A DNA stretch of 64,000 nt from Anthoceros angustus (taxonomy: Eukaryota; Plantae; Anthocerotophyta), in assembly GCA_010909165.1 (NCBI GenBank), contig VJWM01000044.1, forward strand, positions 1,240,001 through 1,304,000, written 5' to 3'. A program made the translations under genes and the position numbers. A model generated the notes under the pieces. That model did not search any database and had not been told where the DNA came from. It saw only the letters and a list, made by a program, of their open reading frames with translations. Positions within the stretch are counted from its first letter, which is position 1. The number at the start of each line of letters is the position of its first letter. Below are positions 38,335 through 49,972 of the stretch, piece by piece.

Positions 38335-39816
38335 TTACAGATTCTCAGACAGCAAAAAGCGCTGAAACAGGGCCAAGGCTTCTCTGGGCTTGTACTCGGG
38401 GACGGTATGGCCAGCCCCCTTGACGGTGGCGAAGGTGAGGTCGTGCTCAAAGCGTCTTGTGAAGCCGGCGACCTGGTCGTTCACGTACCATGGTCGCCAG
38501 TCGTCGGTGGTTTTGTAACCCATAGAGCTTGTCCAGGCCTCTGATCCAGTGTAAGGGACGCAGAAATCGTGGTCTCCACTGTAAATGAGAGCTCTGTAGC
38601 CTGCTTCGGTGAGGTTGCGGTGAATCGGGATCATGCTGCCAGTGTCGTGGTTGTAATCCAGCTGGTCAGTGCACAGTTGCCAGGTGCCCGATTCCGGGCG
38701 GACATGTATGGCGGACCTTACTCCTGCGTCATTCAGCCAGGAAAATGCGACACTGGGGTCTACACAAGGAACCATCACGGCACTGCTCTCGCTCAACGCA
38801 GTCCAGCTGGGCACAGGTCCATCTTTCAGCCCCAAACCCAAAGGCCAGGCTCGGCCAATCATGCGTTTCCTGATTGGGTAAGGACGCTCTGTTTGCCCCA
38901 GAGTGGCGAAGCTTGGTGGCAGCTGACTGTTAGCTGATCCTTTCGAGCTTGGGGGATGGTAGCATGGCTCTAGGATGTCGTACACATTGAGGTCTGCTGT
39001 AATGTCGAAGATCTTGCCGAGCTTCTCAACACACGCGTCGCTCCTTGCAAGCCAGAAGCTTCCGTTGCAAGCCTTCACGGCCTCAAAGTAAAGGTCGGAC
39101 GATATAAGCCCCATTCCATAAGCGAAGGGCACATAAGCATTGCCATCCGCCTCCTCATCTGTAACACCATTCCCAACAAGGTATCCCTTGAGGTTTATGG
39201 CTGGCGTTACTCCTTCCTGGATACCTGCAACAATCTCTCTGACGAGGGTTGGGACATACACCCCAGCCCATGACTCGCCACTGACAAAGAAAGGATTCGA
39301 CTGGAATTCTGAATAGATTGTGAACCACTTCAGCAGAAAGGCGTGTGTGTCCCGCGCAGTTTTGAGGTCACCCGTGTTGTAGTCGTTGGTGTCATTGGAG
39401 TACGAAAAACCAACTCCGGCTGGACTATCCAAATACAAAACGGATGCATTTTTTGCCCACGTGTACTGATTCCTCGTCAGAGTAGGCAAAGCTCCTGCTT
39501 CTTTTGCTGGATGGAAAAGGAAAGGCCCATGCTCATAGACGAATCCATCAAAACTGGAGCAGCCAGGACCTCCATTGAGCCATAATACCACTGGGTCCGA
39601 CGTTGGATCCCCCTCCGAAGTGACAAAGTAATAAAACAGAGACCGCCCAGTGGCTTCGTCCAGAGTCACATATCCTGAATAATGCTCGGAAGCAAAGGAT
39701 CCAGCAAATCCTGGAAGGCCAGTCACTAAGGCGTCCGAAGGCGCTCCATCTGCTAATTGGACCGTCAAAACCACACCAAGACACAGAACCCAGCAAGTGA
39801 AGCTACAGGGTGCCAT
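38335..39816 (-). CDS. Serine carboxypeptidase-like (S10, SCPL20-like), intronless, copy B
   Basis: Same motifs as copy A, but the nucleophile motif reads GESWAG. Confidence 0.95.
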   Translation of the reverse strand: MAPCSFTCWVLCLGVVLTVQLADGAPSDALVTGLPGFAGSFASEHYSGYVTLDEATGRSLFYYFVTSEGDPTSDPVVLWLNGGPGCSSFDGFVYEHGPFLFHPAKEAGALPTLTRNQYTWAKNASVLYLDSPAGVGFSYSNDTNDYNTGDLKTARDTHAFLLKWFTIYSEFQSNPFFVSGESWAGVYVPTLVREIVAGIQEGVTPAINLKGYLVGNGVTDEEADGNAYVPFAYGMGLISSDLYFEAVKACNGSFWLARSDACVEKLGKIFDITADLNVYDILEPCYHPPSSKGSANSQLPPSFATLGQTERPYPIRKRMIGRAWPLGLGLKDGPVPSWTALSESSAVMVPCVDPSVAFSWLNDAGVRSAIHVRPESGTWQLCTDQLDYNHDTGSMIPIHRNLTEAGYRALIYSGDHDFCVPYTGSEAWTSSMGYKTTDDWRPWYVNDQVAGFTRRFEHDLTFATVKGAGHTVPEYKPREALALFQRFLLSENL

Positions 39817-39989
39817 AGAAGCCAGCCTCACCAGCACTCAATGCCACCTCCAGCTGACCACAGCTAGACTTGATCTCGGCAGGGAGGGAGAGAATTCTCC
39901 TTCAGACAGGCGGTGCGCACACTGCACATGCCAGAGCAGTGTGCATGCTCTATCCTTCTCCCTCCTTTGCAGACACCTGAGAAAGCACA

Positions 39990-40818
39990 TTGAGGCCTGC
40001 TGTAATGTCGAAGATCTTGCCGAGCTTCTCAACACACGCGTCGCTCCTTGCAAGCCAGAAGCTTCCGTTGCAAGCCTTCACGGCCTCAAAGTAAAGGTCG
40101 GACGATATAAGCCCCATTCCATAAGCGAAGGGCACATAAGCATTGCCATCCGCCTCCTCATCTGTAACACCATTCCCAACAAGGTATCCCTTGAGGTTTA
40201 TGGCTGGCGTTACTCCTTCCTGGATACCTGCAACAATCTCTCTGACGAGGGTTGGGACATACACCCCAGCCCATGACTCGCCACTGACAAAGAAAGGATT
40301 CGACTGGAATTCTGAATAGATTGTGAACCACTTCAGCAGAAAGGCGTGTGTGTCCCGCGCAGTTTTGAGGTCACCCGTGTTGTAGTCGTTGGTGTCATTG
40401 GAGTACGAAAAACCAACTCCGGCTGGACTATCCAAATACAAAACGGATGCATTTTTTGCCCACGTGTACTGATTCCTCGTCAGAGTAGGCAAAGCTCCTG
40501 CTTCTTTTGCTGGATGGAAAAGGAAAGGCCCATGCTCATAGACGAATCCATCAAAACTGGAGCAGCCAGGACCTCCATTGAGCCATAATACCACTGGGTC
40601 CGACGTTGGATCCCCTCCGAAGTGACAAAGTAATAAAACAGAGACCGCCCAGTGGCTTCGTCCAGAGTCACATATCCTGAATAATGCTCGGAAGCAAAGG
40701 ATCCAGCAAATCCTGGAAGGCCAGTCACTAAGGCGTCCGAAGGCGCTCCATCTGCTAATTGGACCGTCAAAACCACACCAAGACACAGAACCCAGCAAGT
40801 GAAGCTACAGGGTGCCAT
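39990..40818 (-). pseudogene. Near-identical partial duplicate of the SCPL copy B 5' half, frameshifted and truncated (possible assembly artefact)
   Basis: ~1-kb tandem duplication (~38983-39995 repeated at ~39986-40995). One C is lost in a C run at ~40612 and one A is gained at ~40123. Confidence 0.7.
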
Positions 40819-42090
40819 AGAAGCCAGCCTCACCAGCACTCAATGCCACCTCCAGCTGACCACAGCTAGACTTGATCTCGGCAGGGAGGGAGAGAATTCT
40901 CCTTCAGACAGGCGGTGCGCACACTGCACATGCCAGAGCAGTGTGCATGCTCTATCCTTCTCCCTCCTTTGCAGACACCTGAGAAAGCACATTGGAGGCC
41001 GTTGCCTTAAGTAGGACAGATGCAAGGTGCCTTGCAAGAAAATCCGACCGGCACGAGAAGGTGCATACAGCACTCGTATTAGCGTTAATTCCAGAGGAGG
41101 GGGACCAAAGGCAGGAGGAAACTGCACGACGTTGCTGCAACCTCTCCAGTGCCATCACCAACCGATGCTCTTCCCTGCAGCCAGCCGGCGTCCTTCTAGG
41201 AAGGGCGGACCTCACCATCCAACAGCGATGCCCTGACCATTGTTTCCGTCAAAACCTGATTTGAACAGAGCCAAAACAAGCCGAGGGCGGCGTGCAGCCT
41301 GTCGCCGCCACTGTAAAGCACTCCGCTGTCGGAGATAGCGGGAAAGCCTAGCCATGTGGAGCAACAGGAAGAGAGAAGACTGGAGAGGTGATCAGGACAA
41401 AGCAAACACGTTGGTGGTCTCTCCACCTCTTCTCCGTATACCAAAATGTCTCCATTCACAATGCTGCTCTACTCCGGAAGGACCTCCATTTCCACTGTGC
41501 TCCACGCTGGGAGCATGGAAATGACCGCAACGCAAAATAGCACGCAAATCTTCCGTGCCTGCACGGCCCACACACACGGTGGCCGGCTGGAGTAGGGTTC
41601 CTGGTCCCAGCAGTACCTGAGGGGCCACTAGCTCGATGGTGACATCGCCAGCGCCGGACTGTAAGCATTGTGAGCATGTTTGCATGTTTGCATGATTGCG
41701 AGTTTTTCCTCCTCGAGTACCTTGCGTCCGGTAGGCTGCACCTTGCCATCTCCGTCTTGGCATTCCCTGCATCTCCTCAATTGACTCCTGCTGAGCTTCG
41801 ACAGTATTTGAAAAATTGAAAGTTTACGAACTGCGCCCAGCCATGCAACGACAAGGCTGTTCTCGCGTCACCGCACTTGTCAAAGCCTAAAAGGTTTCCA
41901 GGCACATCTGCCGAGGAAAAATTTGTTACTGTTTGCCTGGATCTCGCAAATTCCGGTCGCGCCTAGTATCATAACGGGCGACATATTATCTATGTGACAC
42001 CTTACTACATATTATCGTTTCACTTGCGATGAATCTAGTAATGACCAAGTGGATTTCACTGCAGTGAGGATTGGACAGCTGCCTCGTGCA

Positions 42091-45000
42091 TCACACAGTC
42101 TTGCACAGTTCCTTCATTTCTGAAAGCGAAGGGCTGAGAGATACGCTAGGGTAGCATTTGGCCATCATGTTCTCCAGGCCCTCGTACTTGTCCAAGAAGC
42201 TTTCCTGCACCAAACACCTCTGTAGTCAGAACACCATGCCCAACACGCTTTCGTCCAACACAAGCAACAGTACTAGCTCTCACCTTGCATTTGTCCCAAA
42301 GCGAAGGAAGCAATTCCTCGGAGGTCAGATGCTTTTGCATGCGCCTGTACATCGTTTGGAGACTTTTCTCCACCTACCCATTGGCAGGCCAGATCTCTCG
42401 AGTCAGCTACTGCAGCAACCAAAGCTACCCCAGATCCAGGCTAACACGAGAAACTACAACTGCTTACTCCTGGGAGAGTCGCTTTCAGAAGCTTGCGAAG
42501 GTCTGCATTTGAGGTGCCCACTTGATAGTGATAGGCGACCTAGAAAACGACCACCACTGCATCGTCTGAAAACTTTGACCAATCAAGACAAAAAAGAGCA
42601 GCCAGCTTAAAGGGTTGAAGGGCAAAAATCACCTCTTCAGGCGTAACTGTGTACAGCAGGTTTTCCACTTTTTGTGTGAACTGGAAAAGTTTATCAAATT
42701 GCTGCCGCACAAAACAATCAACAGTTGCAGCAGACAACATTTCTAGCGTCGTTCTGAGGATAATTTCAGAATGAAGTAATATGTCCCCAACTCACATAGT
42801 TTATAATCGAAGTGATGTAGCGGGTGCAAGCTTGCTCGTACGATTCACTTGCTTGCTGATAGTACTTGGCTAAAGTTGGGACTTTATTGGCCAGCTCAAA
42901 CATGCTACACCGCAACAAAAACTCTCATTATCCACTGTAATGCTCAGAGAGCCAGAAGGGAAATCAGACAATCGGGGGAAAGAGGGAATACAGGCAACCT
43001 GTCATTCACCTGTTCTGAAAGGCTGCGTAGTTTTCCAGAAGCAACACATCTGAGTGCTTTGGATCAAGGCTTGCAATGTGTTCGAGTACATTGAACATTG
43101 TACCCACCTGGAAAATGAACCGGACAGCTCAGCAAAAAGGGCCTTCCTGCAGCACGAAACTGACTACCCATCGCTTTGTACATTACCAGCTTTGTGTAAG
43201 CAGTGTCAACCATATCTCTCGAGTTTCCCTGAATTAGACTCTCCATTTTTGCAGCTAATGAAGCAAATCTGTTCATGGTGGGACACAACACGTGGTAAGA
43301 TCAGTTACTCCGTCACTAGAGTGTCCATTAGCACGACATCAGGGTGGGTTCAAGAGTGTTGATTCACCTTGGGATGTAAGAGATGACCCCTGCTTGCTTT
43401 ACACTGCCATTCCTCTCAATGCTGTGCGTGGATTCCTCTATAAACTGTGAGAGAGACAAAAAACTATTTGAGCACAGACAGCTTGATTGACCAGCTGCAT
43501 CCTCTGGAGGCCATTTTGAAGCTCCTAAGTGCTCATGAAAGGTAAATCAGGGACAGCACAGTGAAAACAAACCTTGTTGAACTGGCTGCTTATTCTGGAC
43601 TGGAGATCAGCCAGCAACTGTCGTACAAAACCAGCAGCATCAGCTTTGTGACCAGAAAGGTACCGTTCTGTCACACCCTGCATTGCTATACACCGCAGAG
43701 GGTCCAGTTTCGAGGCCCAATCAACCACTGCATAAAAATCTTCCTGCAAACTTAAAGATATCAGCGTCTGCCAGCCTGCCACAGCTGTGCAATGATCACC
43801 AGTCATTCAAGATGTTTACCCAACCTGAATTCCATTAAGCAGCTTATGTAAAGCTTGATTCAAAGCTTCCAACTCCGCATTATTCTGCTCCCCTGCAAGT
43901 GAATGCCACATATTTCAAACATCTGTACTCTAACCTAAACAGGAGCTTATCTGAGAAGGTTTCAAATTGTGGGTGAGCTGGTTATTCCAGTGCCATATGT
44001 TTGTCTTCACACAACTTGACCCTATTGGCAGCAGTGACGGGACTAAGTGTAGGAATCTACTTTGTTTTGAATCATTGCCATCCATGCGCAAAGGGCTTAT
44101 ATCACCATCGTCGTCATCGTCGTCGTCGTCCCTCTTGTCAGGAGGAGGACCACCAGGGGGTGCAAGCGGGAGAACTTCAAAGCACATAAAAGAGGCAAAA
44201 AAGGAGCTCTGCGATTCTAGCACCAAAGCATTGTTAGGAAAATAAATCCTTCTAAGATGCTGCTCCTGGAGAATTCAGGCAAAACAAGTGTACCTCATCA
44301 ACAAGCAGAGGTATGAATATCCGAAGCATCTTCCCATACGCCTCAGAGAGATTGGAAGTATCAACTCCACTGGTGGCACCAAAACTAGTGCTGCCTGGAC
44401 CGTCTGGATTCCCAGGACCACCAATTGCACCAGTACTTACAGCGTTTCGAGGTAATTTGGTACTTGCTCGCAGCTCGTGTGCAAATTCACGAGCCTGAGA
44501 TAACACACATCAAACATGAGAAAGTTGAGAGCCTGTGTACCTCATGTTGTCACATTGGGCATGTAGATCACACACAAAGCTGAAGACTTACTTCTCGGCG
44601 CAGCAGAAAGTTAAGTGCGTCGCAATATGCATCGCGCAAATGTGTTAAGGAGTTTTTCTCCAGACCCTGTACATATCAAAGATCTGTATCCTCACCTGCA
44701 AACAAGATGGATGATTCAAGACATTGACATGGGAGTTTCATAGCCACACTACCTTGAGGTGTTGAAGCATTCGGGCATATGTTCGACACTTGAATCGGAG
44801 ATCTGCATGATCTGGCCTTTTCAGCTGGCCTTTCTGCATTACCACACGGAGGTAGCTGTTGGAACATATGGTTCAAGCTGAGACGTGCTTTTCAAGAAAA
44901 AGTTACAACATAAACAATCCTTGAGTTGGCATAGAGCTTGCCTGCGAGAAATGAGTTTTATCTTGGGCCATAAATTGAACCACATTTGAGAAATAGTCCG

Positions 45001-47449
45001 CCAAAAACTCTGTTGCACGGCGCACAAAAATTGCCTTCAACTTTTCCAACTCTAAACGCTTGTCTCTCACCTGCCAAGCACCACGAGATATCATTGACTC
45101 TTAAGTCCAAATGAAGAGTGGCAAATAGGCAAAACTTGAATTGCCAACACTTACAGCTCGCATCCCGGCATAGCTAGGATCCAAAAACGGCGGTTCAAGA
45201 TTACGTAAAGCTGTTGAGAGCCAGTCACAGGCCTCAACATTTTGTGGCATGCGTGCTTCCTCAAATGATCCTTCTCTAAGGAGTGCTGCGTACTGAAAAG
45301 GAAGTCACTCCAACAGTTAGACTTGAATCACTGAGCAGCAAACCTGAGAAGCATGAAGCATTACACATACATGCATTGAAAACGTACCTCCGGTGGAATT
45401 CGCAGCCGGTCCAGAAGTTTATTGAGCTCCTCCAAAAGTAAAGCATTATTCTGTGCTTGCACTTCAAGTCGATTGTTCCTAGCTTCAATCTGCAAATCAG
45501 AGTTCAGCTCGCTTTGGTGTTGCAACTGTACTAAGACCAGCTGTAGCTGCCAGTTGCTTCCTACTCAGGAGGCCAAGCTGCATAATCACCCCTTGACGCA
45601 CATACCGATTCAATGTCCTCCCGCATATGCCTCAGCTTCACATTGAATATCCCAAGCCACTCATCCATGTCTTCAACACTTGAAGTTGCCGAGTCAAGCT
45701 GCAGTAGCACCTAAGAAAAACATAGCTGCAACAGTATCATCACCAGCAGTACGGACAGAGCCCTTGAAACACTGTCAGCAAAAATCTCATCTGCTTATGA
45801 CAAGCATTTCCAGAAATATTGGCAGCAGATATCTGATGAAGCGATGGCTAACAACATCTGAACTAAGAATATTCATCAGCCTGACCAGATAGATACCTCT
45901 TCCACAAGCGGCTCACTTTCCAGAATAGCATATACATTTGCAGCTTCGAGAGCAGAGAGTTCCCTTTTTAATCGCTCGGAAAAGGCCTCAGCTTCATCAA
46001 TTCCCATGACATACCTGTGAGTAAAATTGCCAATGGAGAGTTCAGCAGAAGCTGATGGGACTGGGGTAAGTTGCACAAGGGGAAGGCAACACGTTTCCAG
46101 CAGGGACTGGGCTAAGATACAAACGTGCCAAGCAGAGCCTCCATGTCTTCTTCTTCAGCCTTTGACACAAGATCTTTTTCCACAGTTACAGTCTGGTCTT
46201 TCAGTGATGCCCCAGAATCTGCAGACTCTGCCAGATTTGGCCCCTCAATTGGCAATGCCTTTGCATTTGCCTGATTACCACACAAAGAACAGATAGCTGA
46301 GGCCAACAATTAAGACACAGAATCTGTGACATGAAAGAGCAAACCACGCAGTACAGCTAACATAAAAACTAGAATGACACGGGCCAATCACCCTAAACCC
46401 TGAATACCTGAGCCCATAAGGCCAAATCCACAACATCCATGCCAACAATTTTGGGCAGGCGCCCAAGATTCTCTTTGCACAGTTTGAGGATGATTGTAAG
46501 GAACCGGTTTCTGCGTAAATAACGACACAGGTTGCCAAGTTGACACGAAATCCCGCAAGCAATAACAACATGATTGTCCCAAAGCACAAGTTAAATTCCT
46601 TCAAACGGATGTCTCCTGCTCCTACCTATCATCCACATTGCGCATGGTCCATTGAGGAGGTATCGTAGCATGACTCTTCAAGTTCTCAAACCCCTGAGGA
46701 CCCAAACAGCAAACTCCGGTTACCACAGATACGTGGAAACACGTGACTTGATATGCTACCGCTGCGACGAATTGACCTTCCAAACGAATCTACTAAAAGG
46801 CACAGAATGAGGATGACACCAGCACGAAAGTGCAGCCAGACGTGTCGCTGGGAACGGACTCCACTTTGCCCAAGTGCTTCAGCTTATACACTTTGGAAAT
46901 CTGCAAAACAGGCAAAAGTGGAGTTCTGAGCCCTCATTTCGAGCAGCTATGACGCCCGACATTGTTCAGCAGTTCAGCCTAGTCTTAGCAGGCTAGACAG
47001 GCGCCAAGACATAGCTCTGCCAACCTCTAGTCCACTCGTTACTTGCTTGAGAATCTGTATCTTCACTTTAAACTTCTGCGTGGTCTTGGATCTCGTCGCT
47101 GGACGGGGAAGATTTCACGTCTCAAAACAGAGTTCACAAACCAGCAGACGAGCTCATATCTCAAGAGCCTACGAAAACAGTCCCGAAAATTTAAGCTGCG
47201 TCCCACTTGCCCATAATCCCAATGTACCAGGAGTACAGCCCTGGGTTAGCTACACTTCTCTAAGACCTGGATCTCACCAGTGAGCGACAAAATGCGAGGC
47301 TTAGAGGTGAGCCGATTTCTTCGCCCGGCCACGCTCCAAGCAGCCTCGCACTTGGTGACCTTGAAAGCCACCAAAACCGAGCTCTCATCGTCCCTGAAGA
47401 AGGCTTCCACGCTTTGAAGAAGCTCCGCATCCTCGGCAGACTGCGCCAT
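42091..47449 (-). CDS. SEC3: Exocyst complex component SEC3, ~25 exons
   Basis: [10 protein letters not shown]...KPRILSL; [10 protein letters not shown]; [20 protein letters not shown]; [16 protein letters not shown]; [25 protein letters not shown]; KRPDHADLR; [11 protein letters not shown]; [13 protein letters not shown]; ...EMKELCKTV*. Confidence 0.95.
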
Positions 47450-47584
47450 TTCCTGCTTGTCGTGGCAATCCCAGTCCTGCTACCAGGTGAATAGTCTTGT
47501 GTTCAGCAGGCTTCAGAACTCGCCCCGAATAGCGTAGCCCAGTACCCCTTCCCGAGCATTGAGGACGGCAAGGTGATGCAAGTA

Positions 47585-47762
47585 TGAAGAAGAAGAAGAA
47601 TTTTATTGAAGTCCACTAAGGACGGGTTTCGGTCACAACTTGTACCATGGTGTGCCTAAGCTACTTGCACCAAGGGCATCCACTCCCTTTAGGCACCTCA
47701 TCTAAGTATCGATCCAAGCTCAGGATGCTTAATCACGGCATTCTTATAAATGTGTGTCCAAA
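47585..47762 (-). mobile_element. Retroposon (LINE/SINE) 3'-end fragment with AATAAA and (TTC)n tail, copy 1
   Basis: ~180 bp is shared with 60473-60646. On the minus strand both copies end AATAAAA(A)TTCTTCTTCTTC. Confidence 0.6.
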
Positions 47763-47838
47763 TGGCATGTATGTCGAGCTTCTTGCCCGGTATTTTTTTA
47801 TACTAAAGTATAAACAGTCCAAAACCTGTTGCAACTGG

Positions 47839-47911
47839 TCCGTTGTAGTCTAGACGGTTAGGATACTCGGCTCTCACCCGAGCGACCCGGGTTCGAGTCC
47901 CGGCAACGGAA
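47839..47911 (+). tRNA. tRNA-Glu (anticodon CTC)
   Basis: Acceptor stem TCCGTTG/CAACGGA, anticodon arm CTCGG-CT CTC AC-CCGAG, T loop GTTCGAGTC, downstream TTTT, upstream TATAAA and CAA. Confidence 0.96.
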
Positions 47912-48603
47912 TTTTGTTGAATCCAACCGGCATAATTGTGATATACTTTTTAGAATAGATCTAACCCACGATGATAGGCCCGTTTCCGTCGAGCACATTT
48001 CAAAGCTCATGAGTGTCTCGATGGCAAATTGTCTACATGGTAGTTGTGGTGGCCCTACAATTTTAGCAATTTTGTTTGAAGAAGAGCTAGGTAATGAAGA
48101 TTTTATCTACTACAAGAATCAAATTAGAGCAGGTCATTCAAGGTCTTTTTTTTCTTTGAAGCAGCCAATGATTTTCTCATGTGGAAACCTAATTAAGATT
48201 TATCTACTACAAGTATCAGACTAGAAATCTAAGCAATGATCAGCTCATTACAAAAGTTTATTAGCAAACTGGCACACCTGCAACACGACACAGCTTTACA
48301 TGAGATTAATCATGATAAGCTTTTTCAGCGACAAAAAATCAGCCATTTTGTATCCATTGTTGTGAAGGTTGCATGTGACAAGAGACATATTTGGAAAAAC
48401 CTATGTCTTGCTCAACCATTTAATTGCCTCTTTCTACAAAAGCTCCATATGTTCAAGGGCTGTACTCCAGATACAGATACAGATACATCGGAATCTATGT
48501 TTCGTAAACTATTAATCTGGTGGATTCATAGTATGGACGTAGTCAAGAAATGTGTCTCGGAGACTAATAGTCTACTCTAGTCAAAGAATCTATGTCTCAT
48601 GGG

Positions 48604-48800
48604 TCAAAGTTCTTTGAGACTATACCAACGGGACTTCAAAACTCCAATAGCATGCTCATTCATGAATTGACATGGGCGGACCCTAGCCACACAAGTGTTG
48701 AAGTCCATCGATATCCTTGCTTGGTTGCCTTGAATTATGCTAACAGCTAGAATGAGGCCTTCATTGCTCACCAAAGTACCGACCTTCTTCCAATACATCC
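48604..48800 (-). pseudogene. PIF/Harbinger transposase C-terminal relic
   Basis: FNTCVARVR...EHAIGVLKSRWYSLKEL matches the FN...R..VEHAIG.LK.RW region of DDE_Tnp_4. Confidence 0.55.
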
Positions 48801-49972
48801 ATTTGTGTGAAGCAATTCACACAAGTTATATGGACGAAGACAAGTTATATCATGACAGCAACCCGGAGATAATACAAGCAATGGAAAAGCATAGGTTGAA
48901 ATATCCTATTATATCTATATATTTACTAAAAATTATATACCGTTATTGGGAGTTATTAGGTCTGTAAGTAGGCACTCGGGAGCCGGGCCGGGTGCGGGTA
49001 CGATGTGTGGGTACATGGGTGCATGGCACTGCATGGGTGGCTGGATTGGTAATATGGTATATACCCCAGGTAGGTATGTATGCGTAAATGAGCATGAAAG
49101 TAGGAGGTTGTGAGGACGAGTGGTCTGGTGAAGAAGATGCCGGTTGAAAGGGGTCGCGGCCAGCGGCCAGCAGCCAGCAGCCAGCGGCCGTTACGCGGCA
49201 GTGCAAAGCGCAAAGCGCCGCGCGGCCCTGACAAAGGTGAGTTTCGCCAGGGCCGTTACCCACTGCCCGGTCCCGGGACACCACCGCCACTTTCCGCTGC
49301 CGCCAAACTGAGGGACTTCCCCACCCGCATCCGCACCCGCACCGACACCGGCACCCGCCCGCGCTCGCGCTCCGGGGACGCCTCTAAGCCTCCAAGCTTG
49401 GCGGCTTCCGGGCCCCGCTAAACGCCTCGCTTCCCTTCCCTTCCCTTCCCTTTCCTTCCCTTCCCTCCCCCCTCGCCTCCGCCTCCGCCTCACCGGATTA
49501 CTTCACAGTTGGGAGAGCAAGTGCGGGACAGGAAGACGTTGGGGCACCATCCTCCGGGAGGGCGGAGGCGGGCTGGAGCCGCGCACCGCAGTGCGCAGTA
49601 GAGCAGAGCAGAGCAGAGCAGCCGAGCCGCGGGCGAGGGCGACCTCACCGGCGCCGGCGCCGGCGCCGGCTGGCTGGATCTCGTCCCTCTGCTCTCGAGG
49701 CCGGGTAATTCCGCCCGCCCGCCCGCCCGCCCGCCCTGCCGGGCCTGCTCTTCCGCGGCGCCACCATCTCTCACGCCGCCGGGCCATATCTTGATGGACG
49801 GGGCGGCTCCAGGTCGTGCGGGCTGAACGGATGGGCCGCTTCTGCTGCGTCGGCTGAGGGGCCGTCGGCGGCCGTGTGGTGTGGAGCTGCTCTGAGATCC
49901 GGGGCCGGGGCCGGGGCCGGCAATTGTGGTGGGAAGCAAGAAACGCGGGGGATCGGAGGTGGAGGGAAAGAA

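Noticed and set aside
41027-41772. Short ORFs between SCPL and SEC3
   Set aside because: No motifs or consistent splice model; cannot be supported as a gene.
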